A stretch of 63,650 bases of DNA, filler included, from Conidiobolus incongruus B7586 (Eukaryota): assembly GCA_000697335.1 (NCBI GenBank). It is 8 parts of 8 records of this genome, joined end to end, with 100 filler letters (N's around TTAATTAATTAA, not from the genome) between each part and the next. Parts side by side here need not be neighbours in the genome. Positions count along the whole stretch, not along the records: positions 32,975 to 49,819 come from JNEM01006202.1; positions 49,920 to 56,783 come from JNEM01006203.1; 6 more parts are not named here. One strand, 5' to 3'. The position numbers were made by a program, and so were the translations under genes. A model generated the notes under the pieces. That model did no database searches and was not told the origin of the DNA. It worked only from the letters and a program-made list of their open reading frames with translations. Numbering within the stretch: the stretch's first letter is position 1; every line of letters begins with the position of its first letter. Shown here in pieces: positions 40,687 to 53,761 of the stretch.

Positions 40687-42090
40687 CTAATACTTATTAT
40701 AAGTATCCTGCTTAGGATGCGTATGAGACGGATGGTATGTCTTGGGGCGATATGGCCACTGGCCTTCGTTGGATGCGTATCTATTTTTCTCAACCTTGAT
40801 TTTGTTGGAATTATGATATTTTCTGCTACTACTATCACATCTATTATCAGAAGAACGATATGGGTGAGAATAAGAGTTTGAGTGAGATTGAGAAGATTTG
40901 GAATAAGAATGTGAATTATTTGTATGATGAGCAGGACGGCGATAATGAAAATCAGAATTAGAATTAGAAGAATAAGTACTACTTCTATCGGGTGATTGAA
41001 ACCTACTTGATTTGTATGGAGGATAATCGGGATCTTTGATTGATGGAGAAACGCAATCATTAGGCATTTTAGTTGATTTAACTGCGTCATCTAGAAACTG
41101 TTTGATAGTATCTTTAATATTCGAATCCAAACTATTAGTCTTCTTATTATAAAATTTCTCTGTACCATTTTGAAAAACATCAGAAGAATCATTATCCGTA
41201 TTATCTTGTTTGATATAAACTGCTTGATCAAGGAGAGTCTGTGGCGAATTATAATTACTAGTCTGTGAAGGATATTTGTTTTTTACATCATTGTCTGATA
41301 ATGCCAGTGAAGGAGAGGGAGAAGAATCTTTTACTTTGAGAGCAGAAGCTGAATAAGCACCTTCAAAAATTGCTATACATTTTGTTATATATACTTGGAA
41401 TAGGTATTGAATGTGCTGGATCATTTGACTGAAAGTTGTCTGAAAAGAATTATTAACCATATCACATAACTTTTTATACTCTTCCTGAGTCATTGTATTT
41501 TCCATAGCGCTGAGAGATCTTAAGCATCTTTTCACAAACTCTTCTGTTGCTACTTCCGTTTTAATACTATATATAAAATTGGTTAACTCCATTTTTGTAG
41601 AATTTAAAACTGCAGTCCCCAAATCTTTTCTATATAGATCATTGATAGAATCCACCAAATATACTAAAAATTTACTAGCTTCATCTACTTTAAGAGAGAA
41701 CGGAACAAATAATTGTAAATTTTTGACAAAACCAGGTAATTGTCCATTTTCATTTTGTTTATCCATATGAACAAGTCGAGAAGCGCAAGAGGCAGCTTCC
41801 TTTAATAGATAGACATAATCTGATAGTTGCTGTCTCGCAATAGTATTGAAACGACTTGGTGCATCACTAAAAAGGTCGGTTTCAAGGTATTTTGGTGTAT
41901 GAGATTTAAGTGGAGATTGATAGCTAGGACTAGAAGGAAAATCCATACCCAATGTTGTAGTAGGTTGTAGTAGGGATGGTGGAATTTCCAAAGGGTTGAG
42001 TGGCTTGTACTTATATAAACGGGGTTTTCCGAAGAGGTCATCAATTTGTTTTTGGATAGATGGTAAGGTATCATACAATAAAGTCACCAT
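40687..42090 (-). CDS. Hypothetical 467-aa single-exon protein (helical core, Ser/His/Tyr-rich tail)
   Basis: Uninterrupted 1.4-kb ORF in very AT-rich DNA; no family recognised. Confidence 0.6.
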   Translation of the reverse strand: MVTLLYDTLPSIQKQIDDLFGKPRLYKYKPLNPLEIPPSLLQPTTTLGMDFPSSPSYQSPLKSHTPKYLETDLFSDAPSRFNTIARQQLSDYVYLLKEAASCASRLVHMDKQNENGQLPGFVKNLQLFVPFSLKVDEASKFLVYLVDSINDLYRKDLGTAVLNSTKMELTNFIYSIKTEVATEEFVKRCLRSLSAMENTMTQEEYKKLCDMVNNSFQTTFSQMIQHIQYLFQVYITKCIAIFEGAYSASALKVKDSSPSPSLALSDNDVKNKYPSQTSNYNSPQTLLDQAVYIKQDNTDNDSSDVFQNGTEKFYNKKTNSLDSNIKDTIKQFLDDAVKSTKMPNDCVSPSIKDPDYPPYKSSRFQSPDRSSTYSSNSNSDFHYRRPAHHTNNSHSYSKSSQSHSNSYSHPYRSSDNRCDSSSRKYHNSNKIKVEKNRYASNEGQWPYRPKTYHPSHTHPKQDTYNKY

Positions 42091-45000
42091 TGTTGTATTA
42101 AAAATATCAATTGATTATGTTGTATAATAAAGTTTACCGATTATAAAAATCAAATTACTAGCAAATATGAGTTCGATGTTAATTGATAACAAAACAGAAT
42201 GAGATCAACATGTCCCTTTTCTCATTTATACATCATCAAAATTCTCCAACCAATAATTACTCATGTATATCATGTACGAGACTAAAATAGACCTTATCTT
42301 GTTTTATCTTATATTATACATTATCCAATCATAATCAAAATGAAAATTCTAATAGAATATTCATTAAAATTATAGCTTTTCTAACTCTAATCTTTGCACA
42401 AGTTTTCATATCAATTAAGAGATAATTTCAATAAAGTTCATATCACCATTTTAAAGTTTTCTCCAAGAATAAATTATTTAATAAAATTGGATTGAAGAGT
42501 TACCTTGTTTATATGATAATATTCAAAATCAAGTCATGTTATAATTAAGAAGAATATTATAATAAATGATTTTGTTAATCAAAATACTATACTCCATTTT
42601 TTATTGAAAATCTGAAAATACAGATTTGAATTAATTAATCAAAGGTTGAAAATTGAATATTTTTACACTTCAAAAAACATTCAATAATTAAATGAAATTA
42701 TGTTCCAAATATCATTTCAGTAGTTGAGTATGTAGTATGTGTTTTAATTACTTAATATTTTTTGAAGCTCTTTTATTGAATCTAATCAAAAATTATTTTG
42801 CAGTATCTGAAGATTTTGTAACTCTAGGTTTACACTAAATGATCAAAATTTTAGTACAAAACTAGATAAATTCTTTGAGAACTATAAATTTTTAGATTTA
42901 TAATATTTTCAAATAAAGCAAACTATAATTTTAAATAACTAAACATATTTTGATCAAATATTTCTTATTGAATTTAAGGCTATTTTTTACCTTTTCCATA
43001 AAAATTAATCTCAAATATGTATTTAACCACAATATGATATAAATTTTGACAATATATATCAACTTTAATTAATAATAAAATGTCATAATATATCAACGTG
43101 ATTACTTTGAATTAAAATCAATATTTTTATTCTGTTTAATTAAATTTTAAACTCAAAAGTCGCTTTTAACAATGAGTCTATTTATTTTCGAAATATATTA
43201 CAATAATAAAATAAGGATTATCCAAGTGTTATTAATATTCAACTATAAATATATATATCATTAAGAAACTAAATCATCGTTTGATATCAAATATAATCAC
43301 ATTCAGTAAACTCAGTTGTTTTCCAATAAGTTTGATTAAAACAATTTAATTAATTAATTGTATTTAATATAAAAAATCGAATTTTAAATAATATATCTTA
43401 AATTCAGGCAATATGTAATTGATCTTGGCTAATGTATCAATAAATCGTCAAGACAAATCTTTGAACAAAGTTATAAGTATTTTGAAATTGTTCGCTATAC
43501 ATGAAAAAATTATATTTTTATCAATATTCAATATATATATATATAATTCCAATAAACAATAATATATTTATTCAAATTATTATTATATATAGGTTGTATT
43601 TACATCAGTATTATATCCAATACCTTATTCAATATTCTATATTTTTTAAATGATATACATAATCATCTATATATTTACAATTTTTTTGGTTCATTTATTA
43701 ACGATATTATATTTAAAGTATCTAGTTGTTGAATGTATATATATTATTTAATCCAATAATTTTATATTATTTGTTAATTATATTTGTACATATCAATATA
43801 TCCACCAGAAAATTCAATATAAATCACGGCATTATCTTATTGAATATACTAAAACAATATTTAATTTAATATACAATAATTTTAAATAATATTACAATTA
43901 TAAAATTGAAAATATAGTATTTTGAAATATATTGATGTGGTATTGGATGAAAATGTGATTATCTTGAATATTCAATAATTCATTACTATTAAATTGACGA
44001 AATCATCAATGATATTAGAAATAGCTTGAATGAAATATTATTATTAACATATGTTAATTGATATTATAAAGGAATATTTGAATGTTTTTTCTGTAAAAAA
44101 ATGCAATTTTACAGTGTTCGCAATCCTGCAAAATTATTTGGAATGAATAATTGTTGGCATATTGGCCAATAGTTCGTATATTCATTTGGATTTAAGATAA
44201 AATACTCTTCATAAAATACTATTCTTGAATTTATTTATTTATTTGGTATATTAATTCTTTCATAATTTATAATTGATTATGGTTCATCTACTTATTTGGC
44301 AAAATACCTTGAGAATGTTGTGCATCGTTTTTGAATATTTTGACATAAATTTGAAATAAATTCACTATTGTGATTCTTTTCAGTATTGCTTCTGACTACT
44401 GTAATTGTGGGAGAAAATAGACTTTTAGAGCTTAAACAGGGAATCGCCAGTGGTAAACAACAAGTTACCACAGAGTTACAGAAAATTGGTGGGGTTCACC
44501 AAATGAGGTGCAAGTAGTTTGCTGTAAATTGGGTTCTTCGAGTAAAATAAATATCCCACGCTTGTCATGACTCAATACTTTTTTGAGGATTACAAGAAAA
44601 GCTTAGAGACTGGATATTTTTGAAATAAAGATAAAAAAGATATGTTTATTAGTTCATTCGTGATAATGTTATATTAGAGTTCAGGAAATGGGTGTTCTCC
44701 AATGTGTCTTCCCGATTCAGTGTATTAATCGCAGTTTCTTGAGTAATTGACAATACTATTTCACATCACTTTATATTTATATAGTTTATAAATTTTATAA
44801 TCAACTGTTTAATTTGAAAACCTGAAACTATCAAATAAAATTTCGATTAAGAAATTGATATAAAAATCGAGCCAATTGAATCAGATATTTATGTTTTCTG
44901 AAATAGATATAATCATTATATAATGGAAACAATAATGAATCTTATATATAATGCTTAAGTTACATTTTATTCAATATATATAGTTTGGAAATCCTCAAAG

Positions 45001-48000
45001 TCATAGAGTGCTTTAATTTAGCCAAAATCAAATATTTTGTGACTAAAGTTAATCATTACTGCATTGGTCCGCTGGAAAATACAGTTTAATCATTAATCAT
45101 GATACAAAGTTTAATTCATCTCAACCAGACTATATCCTTTGTTGATAGTAAAACCCACAATGAAGAATCTTTAAAATAGTTTTTGAAAACATCAATAATG
45201 TTTTATTATACATGATTCAAGTATATGTCTATATTGTAGATTAATAAGGTCCTTATTATAAATTAAATAACATTTCACACACGTCTTATTAACAATGTGA
45301 TTAAATAAATATCGAGCTTTTTGCATTGGTTTTTTTCTCTAGCATTCATTCTTTAATTAGTTTTGACAAAATAAATCTATCTTCAATACCTTAAGAATTA
45401 AATTAATTGAAACTAATAACTTGGAATAAATTTTATTGGGCCTTTCATTGTGAATTATAGCACTGAGTAACTTCAATGACTTAAATCAAAACACTATATA
45501 TAACTAGATTAAATGGAAGTTATTAACTTACTTTAATATATTTTTATTCAAGATTTAATAAAAAGTTAATTATATCAATAAATTCACAAAATTATCCATT
45601 AAAGTCAATAAAACATGAAGAAAAACACTTTCCATTATAATAATAAGATATGCCTCATTTTAAATATTATTTTATTAAACTCAATTTGATGAAGTGTAAG
45701 TTAATCAACTTCTCTAAAAAACTTTAAATGATTCAAGGACTAAATCAAATACTTAATTAGATTAAAATCTATCAAATAATAAGAAACTTAGTCATATCAT
45801 CAGTATCCTAAAACTTTAAAAGATAATTTCAATAACTCACCTTTTTAATGATGTTTAATTCAATTATATTTAATTTATCATCATCTATGAATTTAAATTT
45901 GAATTATTATCTATAGAAATTCCATTGCATATAGTTGGTGGAGATAAGTCAGTTTTTCAGTCTTCCATACAAGTTTGAAAAACAAGATTACTCATTAAAA
46001 ATCTTTGAGTAAACTAGTAAAGTCAGTGGTAAGATAGAGACATTTCATCAAGATGAAAAAGTTTGGGATGTGGGATATAGGACCACTAACAATCTTGGTT
46101 TGAAATATTAATATTAAGAAAGTTGTTTAAAATTTTGGGATTAAGATGGTGGGAGTGTTCAAGAATCAGGTCACTATAAACAATACAAGACTCCTAAATC
46201 CATGATTTAGATCCAATCATTAGGTATATTTAAATGATTTGAGATGATATTGAGTCTAGGCAATTTAAATGTTACCGAGGTGCTGTATTATTCATTCTCA
46301 GTTCTGGTAAAAAAGTATAAATTAGAACAATTTTATGATATATTTATTTCTGGAATAACAATCCAAGGATGTGGCGTACTTCACGAAATTTCAGCACTTT
46401 ACATGATAGATATTTTAGACATATTAAAATTAAAATGACTATTTTTCAGAATTGTTAATGAAATTGATGAGGTAGCCATAAAATATGCTGAAGGCTTAAA
46501 AGTTAGATCAAGCATTAAGTAATTAATATTGATAGAAATAATCAACCAATCATTACAAGATGTAATGATCGAAATTTAAGCTCTCAGTTACCTCAATCTG
46601 TAATGCTTGGATTTTCTCTTCTCTTAAAAGATCTATCAAAAATTATCCTTGATTTTAATCAAGATTAGAAAGATATGTTGTAACTGAGCAGTATTACCGA
46701 ATACGAAGCTTTTGAAAATAATGCATCAGAGTTTATTTACAACTCATATGATCCTTTAATATCACCACCAGATCCTCCAATATTGAAAGATGGTTGAGTC
46801 GTAACATGACAAAACTGAATCAAAGGAGCATTGTTTTTATATTAGTGGACGCAAAGTACATTCAAAGAGCTTGCAAATGAAACTGAAATAGATGTTTATA
46901 GAGGGAAAGCAATTTAAATATTATTCAAATTCAATTTTAAATAAGGAGCGAAACCAACACTATATTGTAAACCTTCGGCTCATTCTCCACATTTTATAAC
47001 TAAATAATTGAAAAATGAGTTTACTTCAAAATTCGACAATATCTAATAGAATAAAGGCATGTATTATCCTACTCCTGTATTATAAGTTGAAACATTTGAA
47101 CACTATAAGAATAATATATTATACAGCAAATAAATTTTATCACTCGTATTGAGTTAAAATCCTGTAAAAATTTATTATACACCTATAAGAATATTATTTA
47201 ATAAATATTTTTAATATTTAAAATATTTAAATTATTAATTCTCAATATATAATATTATTTCAAAATAATTTTTAATAATATTGATTTGTGTTTGTTAATC
47301 CTAAAATGGAGAAGGATTAATTCCTATTTGAAACATATAAATTAATTATTACATTAATATAATGAATATGAATAATAAATAACTAAAAAATAATGATTCA
47401 ATGCCTATCTAAATAAATACATAATATATATATATATATTCTTTGAATTATCATGTTTGTATTTCACAATTTTAATTAAAAATTTTGAAATATTATTTTG
47501 GTAATAAAAATATTAAGAAAAGATCACAAATTTACTAAATTATAAAAATATATTAAAATCATATTGAATTGATATTAAAAGAATTCAAATACTAACACTC
47601 ATAGAATCTTTGTAATTAATACCGATTTATAATATCTGTAAGAAAGAAAGAATTGGCAAATTATTTTATGTCTGATTTTTAAGAAATATTATTAATTTTA
47701 AAAAATAGATTATATACAAAATATATAAGTGAATTAATATTAAAAGTAAAAAATAATATTGACTTCATAATAAAATATTAATTAATATATATATATATTT
47801 ACTATGTTTTTTATATTTTATTTAACTTAATTTAAAAAAATATTTTAATATAAAATATTAATTTTAAATTTTTATTTATCAAGCTTTCCAAAATTAATGT
47901 AAAATGTAAAAATTATTTTTTATAATATTATATATTATATTTTAGTATTTGCCTGTTTTTAAAAAATAAGAATAATTGGATATTTTAATTATAAATAATA

Positions 48001-48845
48001 TATCTAAAATCAAAAAAAAGAATAATTTCAATATAGATTGTATTCAGAATTTTGTCATTAAAAATATAACAAAATAGGCAATCAATATTTATTAAATATA
48101 GCTCAGTATTTTAATATTTGATTAAATAAAAAAAGATAAATTTTTTATTCCTTATTTTAGCTGAATATTTAAAGATTTTATGTAAATATTAGATGGACTA
48201 TTTGAAAGTTAAAAAGCTTTCCTAATTGGTCTTAAAAGTTTACTCAATTTTTTATAATATAATAATTCAATTTATTTAAATAATCAACTATAATTTGGTT
48301 TTATTACTTATATAATACAACTATCTTAAAATGATCCAATTTATTAAGTCCAATTAATTCCTTTATATATAATATTTATTTATCATATTAATTCATTGAT
48401 TGATTTTAAAAATTAGAAATTGATAATTAGAATATTATTAATTCACTTACTTATTTAATGAATATGAGTTTTTTATTACTTTTATATTTGTACTAATATA
48501 TAAATAGTAATTTTCAAAATATAATAATTATAATATCTATAAATATATGACTAATTTAGCCTATTTTGATTAAATAATAATGAAGCTATTTTATTTAAGT
48601 AATTAATTTAATAATTCATAAATTAAAATATTATGGGAAATTAATAAATTATATTTAATAATAGTTAACATTATAAACTATCTATCCAGGATAGTTGAAA
48701 TCAATTAAACTATTTTTAATATTATTAATAAATCTATTTCAATATCATAATATCAAAATTTTGATAATATTTTAAATCCTTTTATCAATAGTTATTCTTT
48801 ATATATTGAGTTTTCATTTTTATATAATTAGATTAATTTATATAT

Positions 48846-49179
48846 TGTCGCGGATCGGGAGGTCCGCTCGCCTTTCAATTTTAACTGTCTGTCAAGATTC
48901 CAGATATAATCCACTCACAAATATCAGGAACAACCCTTGCACAATGGAAAATTCCAGACTATAGCAGAAGCTGGAGCCTCAACACATTGGCCAAGGATCA
49001 ACCACACTATAAAATAGTCACTGGACAGATATTTACCGACAGATCACTTCGATCAAGACCAAGCCCTACATCTTGATATTTTAATAAAACTCCTCTAAAG
49101 TATCTAGTTAACTGTCTTTGGCCCGTTTCATCAAACTCACGTGATCTTCATCGCAAGACTACTTTCCAGAAGCCTTGCA
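48846..49179 (+). mobile_element. Solo LTR, family 3 (334 bp, well preserved)
   Basis: TG...CA ends with ATAT(AT) on both flanks (4- or 6-bp target duplication). CTATAAAA at about 49007 and AATAAA at about 49083; many intact CpGs. Confidence 0.75.
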
Positions 49180-50100
49180 ATATATATATATATGGTTAAT
49201 TATATATAATTTTATTATAATCAGCTTTTTAATAGATAGAATACTTAATTTAAATAATCTTAGATTTTATTATAATCTAAATTAAGCAATTATAATATAA
49301 ATATTAAATAACTAGCCTTAATATATAAGTTAGTTTAAAATATCATAATTATCTGGATAATAATCCACCTAAGTATCTTTACCTTCTTATTTATTTCTAT
49401 ATGATAATATTACCCCAATAGTGACATTATTTTAAAAACTCTTAATTTTTTGGAAATTTATTTTATTTTCAAATATTATTTTTAACTTATAATTTGATTA
49501 TAACAGGACTTATATTATAAATTTAACTATGAGAGATCAATATACATTTTATAAAATAGTAATTATTTTTCATCCTTTAAATAAAGCTTTTGGTCTAATA
49601 TTATCATTTATTAATAATAATTTCCTTACCTAAAATATATATTATATGTATTTTATAATTGAAATTATTATTATATTTTTATAATATTTTTTTTTGATTT
49701 TTTTTAATAATTAAAAAATAAATAAAATTATATATTTAAAATTTTAATAATTTTCAATATATTCCAAAAATTTATAATAGACTATAAATAATATATTATT
49801 ATATTATTATATTATTATANNNNNNNNNNNNNNNNNNNNNNNNNNNNNNNNNNNNNNNNNNNNTTAATTAATTAANNNNNNNNNNNNNNNNNNNNNNNNN
49901 NNNNNNNNNNNNNNNNNNNATATAATAAAAAATATTTATCAAATTATATAATGAAAAATATTTTTAAATTTATTATTTAAAATTATATAATAATTATCAT
50001 ATAGAGATATTAATCTTATTTTGATTTAATATAAATAAATAACAACATTATTTAGTTATATTTTATAATTAATAATATAGTTTGGAGTCTTAAATAACAG

Positions 50101-51435
50101 CTATTTAAAGTACCTTTGGACAATATAGTTTGCAGCGCGAGCCGAGTGTTCCAAAGTCTCCAGAGTCAGAAGTGGTGTGGAATAGTACAATCCCTTAATG
50201 CCTTGTATTTGATCAAATTTGGAATAAAATCCTTCCTTTAATTCTTGGGTTAAGACATGGGGAAAGTAAGACCAGGATTTTCCGTAGAGTGCTGGTTTTG
50301 CACCTTCTCCTGGTTTTAGTTTGTTAAATGTATCAATCACCTTCTGTTTGTAAATTTCCATTTCACTCTGACTTGCGGGTTCCTTGAATGCTCCTCGAGT
50401 CCATGAATATGAAACAAAGGCACCTCTTGTATGATTGTACCAGATTACAACTCGGCCATCTCCCAATACAGGTGGATTGGGAGGAGGTAGCAAGGGTGAA
50501 TACGCATTATGAGAGAATCCAGGTGCATAATTTGCAAATGTAGCATATTTGTTAATACTCACTTGTTGCAAAACTTCTTTTTCTTTTTGGCTAAAGTCCA
50601 AAATCATCTTTGAAAGATCGTTTAAGAGTGGTGGAAATGCAAGCACTACAGAGTGGCAAAAGTGTGTTTTTAATTTACCATCATTGGATCTTGTAAAGAC
50701 AATGGATCGGTCCTTATTTCTCACAATGTTGATCACTTTAGTATTCAAACTAATGTCCAAACCTTGAGCGTATTGGCTAGCTATCTCATCCATTCCATTG
50801 GGTACTTGATAAAAATTGGCTTGACCACCACCCAATAAATCGAATAATTGGACCAAATAAAGTGCAGGTGTTTCATCGAGTGCACCATAACCCTCCATCG
50901 TTAAATAAGTAAGTACTGTAGAGTTCAAAGCCTCAAGGTTATTCTTCTTCATCCAAACTGAACATGGCTCAAATAACTCTTCACTCACATCCATAAGTCC
51001 AGGCTCCACTTTAAGACTTTGTCTCAACCTAAAGTAATTGGTAAACGCTGAAATAACTTCTGGCTTAATGTCATCGGGAACAGGAACCTGCATTCCAGAG
51101 TCTTGGTTATATACTACATTATCACCTTTAACCGCTTTGATTCTCTGAATACCAAATTTTTCCACAATTTTGTTAATTTCGGTATATGCATCAGTTATTA
51201 ATACTGGTCCCATATTCCAAACTTTACCATCTTGACGAAATGTATGCATCTTACCTCCAACATTTCCATTTTGTTCGAATATTTTCACTGAATAGCCTTT
51301 ATCCTGAAGTTTGTGGCCAATATGCAAGCCAGATATACCGGCACCAACTACACAGACTGGAGGTTTGATATTTGGTATCGATTGACTGCTGAATTGATTG
51401 ATTAAACTTAAATATAATATATTAGAAAAAATCAT
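50101..51435 (-). CDS. Secreted FAD-dependent oxidoreductase (flavin amine oxidase fold, PUFA isomerase PAI-like)
   Basis: Hydrophobic N-terminal leader; VVGAGISGL...E...VGGKMHT dinucleotide-binding motifs; C-terminal WSYFPHV....K.GFY.K...QG..G.YY; intronless. Confidence 0.85.
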   Translation of the reverse strand: MIFSNILYLSLINQFSSQSIPNIKPPVCVVGAGISGLHIGHKLQDKGYSVKIFEQNGNVGGKMHTFRQDGKVWNMGPVLITDAYTEINKIVEKFGIQRIKAVKGDNVVYNQDSGMQVPVPDDIKPEVISAFTNYFRLRQSLKVEPGLMDVSEELFEPCSVWMKKNNLEALNSTVLTYLTMEGYGALDETPALYLVQLFDLLGGGQANFYQVPNGMDEIASQYAQGLDISLNTKVINIVRNKDRSIVFTRSNDGKLKTHFCHSVVLAFPPLLNDLSKMILDFSQKEKEVLQQVSINKYATFANYAPGFSHNAYSPLLPPPNPPVLGDGRVVIWYNHTRGAFVSYSWTRGAFKEPASQSEMEIYKQKVIDTFNKLKPGEGAKPALYGKSWSYFPHVLTQELKEGFYSKFDQIQGIKGLYYSTPLLTLETLEHSARAANYIVQRYFK

Positions 51436-52662
51436 TACGAATAAATTAATTAAGTATTATGAAAAAATTATTTAAAGTTTATACTATCTAATTTATACTT
51501 ATTCATTGATTATATTTTCATTCTGTATATTTTGATGTTTTACTCTCTCCTAAATCAATTGCAAATCTACTTTATTGTAATATTTGTTTAGTGTTTTAAA
51601 TTTTTATAATCTTCTGAAACTTTTTAAATTCGGATTTAATCATAAAAATCTAGATTTTGTATCATTAAACTTTATTCTTTTTTTTCCTAATTAGATTGTA
51701 TTTTGTAGATTGGCTGTAGTAATTTAAAATATGAATTTCACAACTTTTTTAAATTTATATTATATTTATTGACCAAGAGGTTGAATCAAGGTGTGTAGTT
51801 GATTGGATAATAATAAGATTGTAGACATTGGATGAAAATCTCAAATTACTGAACATAAATCTATATCATATAGTATAATTAGATTTAATTAATGTTTATT
51901 TTGAAAATGAAATTGGATGATATATTCTAGAACATATTTATTATTTAATACTCTATATAGTAATTTGAAAAAAAATTTGATACTATTATCTTTCAAATGC
52001 CAAATTCATTAAAAAATTCATAATTAAAACCAGATTAATTCCAAATAATAAAAATTTAACAATAAATATTTTGATATTTTTATTGAAAATCAATATATAG
52101 GATTTGCTATTTATATCTTTATTATAATTTTGATTCACATAATGTCGACGAGAATGACGAGCATATTTTATCAGCATTCGAATTAATAAATGAAATATAA
52201 TTTAAGACGCCAAAAATTTGATAGATTGTAAAATTTTTGCTAAAATAATCCTGAATATATCAATTGGAGAGTATTCGTTTGGTATAACTGAAAGATTCTA
52301 TTTAAAATTTGATGTTATAAACCTAATAATATCAAAACATAAATCATATACCTTTTACATTTTAGAAGTTCAAAAAAGTCAAAAATAAATCTTTTATCAA
52401 TTAACTATATATTAAAAGGTAAATATTTTAATTGTGCTATATTGAATTGTAATTTTAATTGAGATTGTTAAAATTAAATAATAGAAAAAATGTCAAATAC
52501 TGATATCTATATTAATATCTTAATAAAATTAATTATTACTATTATTGAAAATTTTAAATATTAGACAGTGTTTAGCAATTGTTGATTGTAAAATTATATA
52601 AGTACATTGCATGCAATATATCAATATATGAAAACCTATTAATAAAAATCACAAGAGATTAT

Positions 52663-52735
52663 GGGGAATTAGCTCAAATGGTAGAGCGCTCGCTTAGCAT
52701 GCGAGAGGCACGGGGATCGATACCCCGATTCTCCA
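52663..52735 (+). tRNA. tRNA-Ala(AGC)
   Basis: 73-nt cloverleaf: acceptor stem GGGGAAT/ATTCTCC with G3:U70; anticodon arm CTCGC-TTAGCAT-GCGAG; T arm CGGGG-ATCGATA-CCCCG. Confidence 0.96.
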
Positions 52736-53341
52736 ATTCCTTCAAGATTTGGTATTTCCAAATTTAAATTATATTTGAATTCTTTGAAAGTAGAATTATT
52801 TTTATTTTGTCATAATTTTTTTCATTTACATCTTTTTATTATTTAATCTTACCAATTATTTGTATAATTTCAATTTATTTATTGTTTCATAAGTGCAAGT
52901 ATAAATTATATTCTCAATACTACAATATTCTAGATCCAGCTATTGATCAACTAATTCTATAATATATATTTATACTAAAATTAGTATTTTGAAATCAATG
53001 AATCATTATAAATAATATTCAAATTCTACAAAACTTATGTCAAATTTTAAGTATTCATGCAATTGGATCCATAAATTTAATTTTAAAGTTAATAATTAAA
53101 GATAAAGTTGAAATCAAAATCCTAATTTTATAATATGAAAATTTAAAATTAAATCAAATATTAATTTTTAGTGATCAATTTAATTTCGAATCGAATTAAA
53201 GTATTTTAAAATTAGTTTCAAATATTCGAAAACCAATTTGTGACTAATTCGATACTGATTGACAATTTCATAATGAATATAAAAAACTTGTATTAGAATT
53301 ATATTTATTTTTTAAATGTAATTAATATTATAATTTTTATT

Positions 53342-53761
53342 ATGAGGAATATATCATACCATCTATACTATATATTTTTGTTGAATACTATATCTGCTTT
53401 ATTTGGCTGGAATTTCCCATTCCACCCAGCTCCAGATCCATCAAAAGATATATTAACAGTTAAATACCCTGACAAAGACACAGTGGTTAAGGTGAATGAA
53501 CCTTTAGAATTGAAATGGGTGACTGCATACGACGAAAATGGACCGATTCACATATTTTTAAGAAACGATCGTTTAAATCTGGAAGCATTGTTATATTGGA
53601 ATGCTTCATATTATTCTTTTAAACAGAAAGTTGAATTACCCCCCTTTTGGCCCAGCTCTTTTAATAATTATTTATTGATTTATGTAGATTTGCCAAAGAG
53701 AAAAAATTGGGTTTTTTCAAATGATTTCATAATTATTAATCCGTTTTGGGGATTGAAGTAA
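53342..53761 (+). CDS. Small secreted protein, possible Kre9/Knh1-like Ig-fold domain
   Basis: Signal-peptide-like N-terminus; pattern LTVKYP....V..N....LKW...S.DF.I resembles the fungal Kre9/Knh1 N-terminal-like domain. Confidence 0.6.
   Translation: MRNISYHLYYIFLLNTISALFGWNFPFHPAPDPSKDILTVKYPDKDTVVKVNEPLELKWVTAYDENGPIHIFLRNDRLNLEALLYWNASYYSFKQKVELPPFWPSSFNNYLLIYVDLPKRKNWVFSNDFIIINPFWGLK

Noticed and set aside
44100..44200. YWP...CEHC on the minus strand, suggesting an integrase zinc finger or Rpr2
   Set aside because: The motifs are in different frames with no supporting context.
45900..47100. Fragmentary coding-like plus-strand sequence including the 64-aa ORF at 46244
   Set aside because: Many stops and no recognisable motif; cannot be assigned.
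52579..52767. 62-aa ORF
   Set aside because: Translation through the tRNA-Ala gene.
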